A stretch of 64,000 nt of DNA from Coprothermobacterota bacterium. Lineage in GTDB: Bacteria; Coprothermobacterota; HKB111. The stretch spans positions 128,001-192,000 of the forward strand of contig JBBIUB010000001.1 in the NCBI GenBank assembly GCA_037440465.1, written 5' to 3'. The translations under genes and the position numbers were made by a program. Below, piece after piece: positions 58,132 to 64,000 of the stretch. The notes below the pieces were generated by a model. It did not search any database and was not told where the DNA came from. It worked only from the letters and a program-made list of their open reading frames with translations. Position 1 is the stretch's first letter. Each line of letters begins with the position of its first letter.

Positions 58132-59043
58132 TTATTCACCATCAAAACTATCTTTTTTCATAGCAATTAAGACCCCCAGCGAAAGGGATACTAACTTACT
58201 TAAGGGAGAGTCTGCTCTTGAGGATAGAACTATGGGTTTATTAGCACCCAATACTACTCCTGCCATTACCCCGTTTGCCACAAAAGTAAATGATTTCCCA
58301 AGAATATTCCCTGCTTCAATATCAGGTACCAAAAGAACGTCTGCTTCTCCAGCTACTTTACTCTTAATACCCTTATGCTCTGCAGCTTCTTTAGAAAGAG
58401 CACAATCCAGAGCAAGTGGACCGTCAATGATGCATCCTTTTAACTGGCCTCTTTCGTTCATTTTACTTAATATTGCTGCATCTATGGTAGCTGGCATATT
58501 CTCGGATACTACCTCAACAGCTGCCAATACTGCCACTTTAGGCATCTCAATGTCTAATACCCTGGTGACTTCTAAAGCATTTAGGAGTATGTCAACTTTC
58601 TCTTTAAGAGTAGGAGAAATGTTCATACCACCATCAGTCAATATCAGCAAGCGGTTAATACCAGGTATCTCAAAAACAGCTACATGGGATAGAAGATTTC
58701 CTCTTCTAAGACCTTTATCTTTATCCAGAACAGCCTTTAGAAGGGAAGAAGTAGAAACACCGCCTTTCATTATCAAATTGGCTTTACCTTCTAATGCGAG
58801 TGAGACTGCTACCTGACTCTCTTCTCCTTTTAAACACTCTACTATGTCATAATCGTTTATTCCTACGCTATTTGCACAATCCAAAATTCTGATTTTATTT
58901 CCTACCAGAATTGGTTTAGCTATTCCAATTTCTTTAGCTTTCAACAAAGCTTTTAAAATATCGTCATCATCTCCACCTGCTACTGCTACAACAACATCAA
59001 CTTTTCGTGTTCTTTCTAATATCTCTTTTAAACTTTTAAGCAT
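58132..59043 (-). CDS. ptb: Phosphate butyryltransferase
   Basis: MKG, LLSHV, DGPLALD, PDIEAGN, SRADS; GGAAGG SD before ATG 59043. Confidence 0.9.
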   Translation of the reverse strand: MLKSLKEILERTRKVDVVVAVAGGDDDDILKALLKAKEIGIAKPILVGNKIRILDCANSVGINDYDIVECLKGEESQVAVSLALEGKANLIMKGGVSTSSLLKAVLDKDKGLRRGNLLSHVAVFEIPGINRLLILTDGGMNISPTLKEKVDILLNALEVTRVLDIEMPKVAVLAAVEVVSENMPATIDAAILSKMNERGQLKGCIIDGPLALDCALSKEAAEHKGIKSKVAGEADVLLVPDIEAGNILGKSFTFVANGVMAGVVLGANKPIVLSSRADSPLSKLVSLSLGVLIAMKKDSFDGE

Positions 59044-59522
59044 ATAATCCTTCCAAAGAAAGTAAGGTAGCAAGTGCTATAGAATATAGCTTGGATTGAT
59101 GTGAATCTGCCCTTGAAGTTAGTATCACAGGTGATCTTGCTCCCATAACAACACCAGCGGTCTCTCCACGAGCTGCATAAATAAAAGATTTATAAAGGAA
59201 GTTACCTGCTTCAATATCAGGTACCAAAAGAACGTCTGCTTCTCCAGCTACTTTACTCTTAATACCCTTATGCTCTGCAGCTTCTTTAGAAAGAGCACAA
59301 TCCAGAGCAAGTGGACCGTCAATGATGCATCCTTTTAACTGGCCTCTTTCGTTCATTTTACTTAATATTGCTGCATCTATGGTAGCTGGCATATTCTCGG
59401 ATACTACCTCAACAGCTGCCAATACTGCCACTTTAGGCATCTCAATGTCTAATACCCTGGTGACTTCTAAAGCATTTAGGAGTATGTCAACTTTCTCTTT
59501 AAGAGTAGGAGAAATGTTCATA
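58310..59522. repeat. 318-bp identical direct repeat (58310-58627 and 59205-59522)
   Basis: Base-by-base comparison by eye found no mismatch; offset 895 nt. Confidence 0.9.
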
Positions 59523-59950
59523 GCAGCGTCTGAAATTACGAGCAACCTTTTTATATTAGGAACTTCAAATATTCCAACATGAGAAAATAGCCTTCCTGTT
59601 CTAAGACCCTTATCTTTATCCAGGATTGCTTTTAAGAAAGTAGAAGTGAGAACCTGGCCTTTCATTACTATTTGCGATTTCCCTTCTGTAACTAAAGAAA
59701 CTGCCAGATGAGATGAATCTTCAGTGTCGCTGCTGGGAACAATCTCAAAGGGAGAGATATCAAGGGAATGTAAATAAGCTGTATTTTTTATAAGCTCAGG
59801 GTTTCCTACAAGAAATCCATTTGCTATACCCAGTTTTTGGGCTTCAATTATAGCTCTTAGTATTTCTTCATCTTCAGCACCAGCTATTGTAACAACAGGT
59901 TTTTCTCTATTTTTGGTTTTTTCCAAAATTTCATTTAATGTGTTTATCAC
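59036..59950 (-). CDS. ptb: Phosphate butyryltransferase
   Basis: MKG, FSHV, DAAMNI, DGPLALD, TSRADS. Confidence 0.9.
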   Translation of the reverse strand: MINTLNEILEKTKNREKPVVTIAGAEDEEILRAIIEAQKLGIANGFLVGNPELIKNTAYLHSLDISPFEIVPSSDTEDSSHLAVSLVTEGKSQIVMKGQVLTSTFLKAILDKDKGLRTGRLFSHVGIFEVPNIKRLLVISDAAMNISPTLKEKVDILLNALEVTRVLDIEMPKVAVLAAVEVVSENMPATIDAAILSKMNERGQLKGCIIDGPLALDCALSKEAAEHKGIKSKVAGEADVLLVPDIEAGNFLYKSFIYAARGETAGVVMGARSPVILTSRADSHQSKLYSIALATLLSLEGLYA

Positions 59951-61033
59951 CTATACACCTCCATAAATAATAGCTTCTTCTTCTCCTTTAATAACTCTTA
60001 AAGCTCCCAGAGCTAATGCTTTCATTTCTTCTTCTCCAGGATAAACATAAATTTTACCTAAGAAAGAAACCTTCTTTTTTATCTTTTCTATTAAATAATT
60101 AGAAAAGCTCATGCCACCAGTAATTATTATGCCGTCAATATGACCATCAATCACAGTAGCCATTGCCCCTATTTCTTTTGCTATCTGATAAACCAGGGCA
60201 TCATAAATTAGCTTAGCTTTTCTATCTCCTTCCTTAATCCTATTTTCAACTTCCCTCAAATCTTTAGTTCTCAAATGAGCATAAAGTCCACCTTCAGTAG
60301 TAAGTTTTTTTATTAGTTCCTCTCGGGTATAAGCTCCTGAAAAACATAATGAAACAAGGGAAACTGATGGAAGAGCACCAGCTCTATCACAGGAAAATGG
60401 TCCGCCCTCATTAGCATTATTAACATCTATTATCCTCCCTCCAACCATTGGAGAAACTGATATTCCACTACCAAGGTGAGCTACTATAAATTTGCTATTT
60501 TCATATGAGACTGCTAAATCTTTACAAGCCTCTCTAACTACTGCTTTCATATTAAGCGAATGTGATAAGCATTTCCTTTTTATCTCAGATAAACCAGTTA
60601 TGTATGCAACTGGTTCGAACTCATCTACAGAGACAGGATCTACGATAAACACCAATGGTCTTCTGTCTTTATTCACCTTTAAGGATAAATAATATACTAT
60701 TAATCCGCCCAAATTTGAGGGATGATCAGCTTGAGTGCGATATTTTAAATCCTCTACCATTTTTTCATTCACAATATAAGTACCACCTGGTAAGGGTGGT
60801 AAAGCTCCACCTCTACCTACTAAAACAGAAAAATCTTTTAAATTAATATTCAATCGTTTTATAAACTCTTCTACTATAAATGTACGATAATCCAGCTGAT
60901 CAAGAGAAGAAGAAAATACAGCCAGATCTGAGGGCTTGTGAACAATATTCTCTGAAAATATCTCTTTATCATCTTCATATACACTTAATTTGGTTGAGGT
61001 AGATCCTGGATTAACAACCAGTATCAAAAACAT
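59951..61033 (-). CDS. buk: Butyrate/branched-chain acid kinase (second paralog)
   Basis: VNPGSTSTK, GRGG, HPSNLG, HSLN, HLGSG, PGEEE. Confidence 0.92.
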   Translation of the reverse strand: MFLILVVNPGSTSTKLSVYEDDKEIFSENIVHKPSDLAVFSSSLDQLDYRTFIVEEFIKRLNINLKDFSVLVGRGGALPPLPGGTYIVNEKMVEDLKYRTQADHPSNLGGLIVYYLSLKVNKDRRPLVFIVDPVSVDEFEPVAYITGLSEIKRKCLSHSLNMKAVVREACKDLAVSYENSKFIVAHLGSGISVSPMVGGRIIDVNNANEGGPFSCDRAGALPSVSLVSLCFSGAYTREELIKKLTTEGGLYAHLRTKDLREVENRIKEGDRKAKLIYDALVYQIAKEIGAMATVIDGHIDGIIITGGMSFSNYLIEKIKKKVSFLGKIYVYPGEEEMKALALGALRVIKGEEEAIIYGGV

Positions 61034-62699
61034 TTTCCCCCAACAATTCTCTTGCTTGTTGTAAAGTTGTTTCAGTAACTCTTCCTCCAACCAGCATACG
61101 TGCTAACTCTATTACTCTTTCTTCTCCTTCTAAAGATGTAACACTAATACCTATTCCCTCAGGTTTATATTTTTTTTCTACAAGATAGTGGTTATCGGCT
61201 TGAGCTGCCAGTTGAGAAAGGTGAGTAACAAGAAAAATTTGATGATGTTCACCCAATTCCTTTAGTTTAGCCCCTACAACTTCAGCAGTTTTTCCACCTA
61301 TTCCAGCATCCACCTCATCAAAAACAAGAACAGGTGTTCTATCCACTCCCTTAAGAACAGATTTGAGAGCTAACATAATTCTTGATAGTTCACCACCTGA
61401 AGCAGTAAATCTAAGGGGTTTAAGCTCTTCATTTATAAATGGTGCCATCAAGAACTCTGTTTCATCAAGACCATGAGGACCTACTTCTTTCAATGGCTCA
61501 ATTTTAATATAAAATATTGTCTCTGACATATTAAGATTCTTTAGCTCTTCTTCAACCTTTTTGCCTAATGTGTTAGCCCCTTCTCTCCTATACTCAGAAA
61601 GGGATATTGCTTTCTCCTGGAGAATATTTCTTGTATCATATAATTCTTTTTCAATTTTTTTTATTTGAATAGTTAAATCTTCATTTCTATTTAATTTACC
61701 TATTAATTCATCAGCTAATAAGATTAGCCCCGAAACATCCTTTTTATGTTTCCTTTTTAAGTCATCAATTATCTCTAATCTTTGCTCAATCTCCTCTAAT
61801 CTTTGAGGATTGTATTCAAGTCTTCCCAGGTAATTGGTAAGAAATCTGCCTAACTCTCTTATTTTAAGATTGTAATTAGATAGATCTTCCGTCCAACAAG
61901 ATAAAGAATTATCAATTGAAGAAAGAATTTTTAAATCTCTCTCAACTTCGCTTGAGAGATAATTTAAACTAATTCCACTCTCACCCTCATACAATATCTC
62001 TTTTAAGGAAGATACGAGTCTTCCTAACTCTTCAGCATGGCTTAAGCGAATTTTTTCTGACTTTAATTCGTCTTCTTCTGATTCATTGAGATTGGCTTTT
62101 TGTAACTCTTCAAGTTGATATTCCCAAAGATTAACAAGCTCGCCGACTCTTCTCTCTTCTTCTTTTAAAGACATAAGTTCTTTTATAAGAATTTTATCTT
62201 TTAAAAATATAGATTCAACCTCTTCTTTTAATTTTAGGGTAGTACTCCCACAAAATTTGTCTAATAACTCTCTTTGGTGATCAGAATTTAAAAGAAGTTG
62301 TTGTTCACCCTGACCGTGAAAATCAATGATCTTACTTCCAAGTAATCTGAGAGTATTTAATCCAACAGCCTTGCCATTCACCCAGGCTCTACTTTTACCA
62401 TCTTTGAATAGGGCTCTTTCCAGCACTAAATAATCTTCATCTGGAAGACCTTCTTCTCTCAGAGCCTCATGTATAGAATCAAGAGAAGAGATGTCAAATA
62501 CTCCATTAATTACACACTTTGTATGATTACTTTTTATAAGTTCAGGAGTACCCTTGCTACCCATAAGAAGAGAAAGAGAATCCATAATAATAGACTTTCC
62601 TGCTCCCGTTTCACCTGTAAACACTTGAAAACTTGCAGATAAGTCAAGTTTTATTTCATCAATAATAGCTAGACCAGAGATTCTAAGTTCCAGAAGCAT
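61011..62699 (-). CDS. recN: DNA repair protein RecN
   Basis: TGETGAGKS, HGQ, ASGGELSR, FDEVDAG, THLSQLAA. Confidence 0.95.
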   Translation of the reverse strand: MLLELRISGLAIIDEIKLDLSASFQVFTGETGAGKSIIMDSLSLLMGSKGTPELIKSNHTKCVINGVFDISSLDSIHEALREEGLPDEDYLVLERALFKDGKSRAWVNGKAVGLNTLRLLGSKIIDFHGQGEQQLLLNSDHQRELLDKFCGSTTLKLKEEVESIFLKDKILIKELMSLKEEERRVGELVNLWEYQLEELQKANLNESEEDELKSEKIRLSHAEELGRLVSSLKEILYEGESGISLNYLSSEVERDLKILSSIDNSLSCWTEDLSNYNLKIRELGRFLTNYLGRLEYNPQRLEEIEQRLEIIDDLKRKHKKDVSGLILLADELIGKLNRNEDLTIQIKKIEKELYDTRNILQEKAISLSEYRREGANTLGKKVEEELKNLNMSETIFYIKIEPLKEVGPHGLDETEFLMAPFINEELKPLRFTASGGELSRIMLALKSVLKGVDRTPVLVFDEVDAGIGGKTAEVVGAKLKELGEHHQIFLVTHLSQLAAQADNHYLVEKKYKPEGIGISVTSLEGEERVIELARMLVGGRVTETTLQQARELLGENVFDTGC

Positions 62700-63567
62700 T
62701 CTTCTTCTTTCCCCAACCAAATTTTTCCCTTAGAGCTCTATAAAAATAATTTCTACGGGCACTAAGAAGAAATATTTTCCCTTGTCCAGGACATACTTCT
62801 AATTCTGCTGGCGGATAAAAAGCAGCTTTAGAGCTTCCATCTATGAAATAGTGTACTTTTGTTTCCTTTTCACCTTCAACATAAATTAGTGGTTTTTCCT
62901 CAGGATCTACAATAAGAGGGCGTATGTTTAAGGTGTGGGGAGCAAAAGGAATAATATTAGCAACTGTTAAATTATGACTTATGATAGAGCCACCTATAGA
63001 AAGAGATTGAGCTGTTGAACCAACTGAAGAAGAGATAATAATACCTTCACCTTGATAACCTCCTACAATAAGGTTATTCATCTTAAGAGATAAATAAGGT
63101 AATCTCGAATTAATATCTCTAATCAAAGCTACTTCATTAATAAACTCTTCTTCATAAATATTATCTCCTGTTCTGAGGGTAGCTTTCATAGTAAATACTG
63201 TAGTATAGGTAAATCTGTTATTTAAAAACTTTTTAACTTCTTTAACAGCCTCTTTTACGGTATTAACCCTGTTAAGAAAACCAAAACTTCCAGGAGCGCT
63301 CAGTCCCAAAAGAAAAGCAGGGGATTTTTCTTTTGATAATAAACGGGCTGCTCTCAAAAAAGTCCCATCACCACCAATGGATATAACCAGATCAGATTTT
63401 CTCACTAATTCATCGTCGTTAACCTGGTCTTCAAACTTAATATCCGGCATCACTATTTTCCTGATGATTATTTCTAAACCAAGTTTTTTTAATTCTTCTT
63501 TTAATTGTGCAGTCATTTCTTTAGCAGTATTTCTTAAGTGGTGAGGAAAAAGCCCGACTTTCAACAT
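62683..63567 (-). CDS. nadK: NAD kinase
   Basis: GGDGTFL, NE, GSTAQSLSIGG, PHTL..RP. Confidence 0.88.
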   Translation of the reverse strand: MLKVGLFPHHLRNTAKEMTAQLKEELKKLGLEIIIRKIVMPDIKFEDQVNDDELVRKSDLVISIGGDGTFLRAARLLSKEKSPAFLLGLSAPGSFGFLNRVNTVKEAVKEVKKFLNNRFTYTTVFTMKATLRTGDNIYEEEFINEVALIRDINSRLPYLSLKMNNLIVGGYQGEGIIISSSVGSTAQSLSIGGSIISHNLTVANIIPFAPHTLNIRPLIVDPEEKPLIYVEGEKETKVHYFIDGSSKAAFYPPAELEVCPGQGKIFLLSARRNYFYRALREKFGWGKKKNASGT

Positions 63568-64000
63568 AACCCTCCTGTTACAATCTCTTTAATTATTGTA
63601 GTTTCTATCTCACTTCCTGTTCCTAACCTACTCAGCAAAAGAAAATATTCCTGATTACCTTTATGCCCTTTGATAGGAGAAGGGGCAAAGTCTACCCATA
63701 TGAGAGGAATTTGTTTGACATATTCCTTAAAACTCATCAAGGCATTAAAACATACAAATTTATCAACTACTATTCCTTTTCTCACATTCCCTGGCCCTAC
63801 TTCAAATTGTGGTTTAAAAAGGGCAATTATAATCCCTTTTTCTTTAAGAAAGGGGAGTGTGTTTGGTAAAATATTTTTTAAAGATATAAAAGAAACGTCA
63901 ATGGTTATAATATCTACTTTTTCAGGTAGTAGGTCCTCTTCAGCATACCTGAAATTTACTTCATCAAGAACTATTACTTTAGGCTCCAACCTCAACTTAT
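63561..64000 (-). CDS. tlyA: TlyA family rRNA methyltransferase (5' truncated by window edge)
   Basis: DVSFISL, KPQFE, SPIKG.KGNQEY. Confidence 0.92.
   Translation of the reverse strand, partial: KLRLEPKVIVLDEVNFRYAEEDLLPEKVDIITIDVSFISLKNILPNTLPFLKEKGIIIALFKPQFEVGPGNVRKGIVVDKFVCFNALMSFKEYVKQIPLIWVDFAPSPIKGHKGNQEYFLLLSRLGTGSEIETTIIKEIVTGGLC

Noticed and set aside
58232..58816. Antisense ORFs of 60-194 aa here and throughout the window (e.g. 238-579, 2330-2743, 9572-10084, 41592-42077)
   Set aside because: Shadow frames of well-supported genes with no recognisable motifs or SD

Overview
AT-rich chromosomal segment from an anaerobic, amino-acid-fermenting bacterium. It uses sigma70-type promoters and a T-box riboswitch. 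A copper-amine-oxidase-N/stalk-domain surface protein and the gene order suggest a Caldisericota/Firmicute-like lineage, but this is not provable from the window. Housekeeping content: ftsH-hpt-tilS, rplM-rpsI, thrS, glnA, guaA, nrdJ-uppS, rpsF-ssb-rpsR-rplI-dnaB, tlyA-nadK-recN and five tRNAs. Amino-acid catabolism: livKHMGF, hutH, mmdA/oadG/BCCP, arcE-arcB-arcC, and buk-ptb-ptb-buk-VOR. Main points of interest: (1) a stand-alone, shortened type III-C Cas10/Csx11-like HD protein beside tRNA-Gln, with no CRISPR array or other cas genes; (2) an 11-gene operon with two FabH-like enzymes that lack the His/Asn decarboxylation residues, plus a hydrolase, SDR, double TetR, CoA-transferase and ABC importer; (3) an arginine-synthetase (ArcE)-type pathway behind rplM-rpsI; (4) self-nested palindromic repeats and inverted 7-nt-period arrays; (5) several genes broken by internal deletions; (6) a 318-bp perfect repeat shared by two ptb paralogs. 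All functional calls come from motif recognition by eye, with no database searches.
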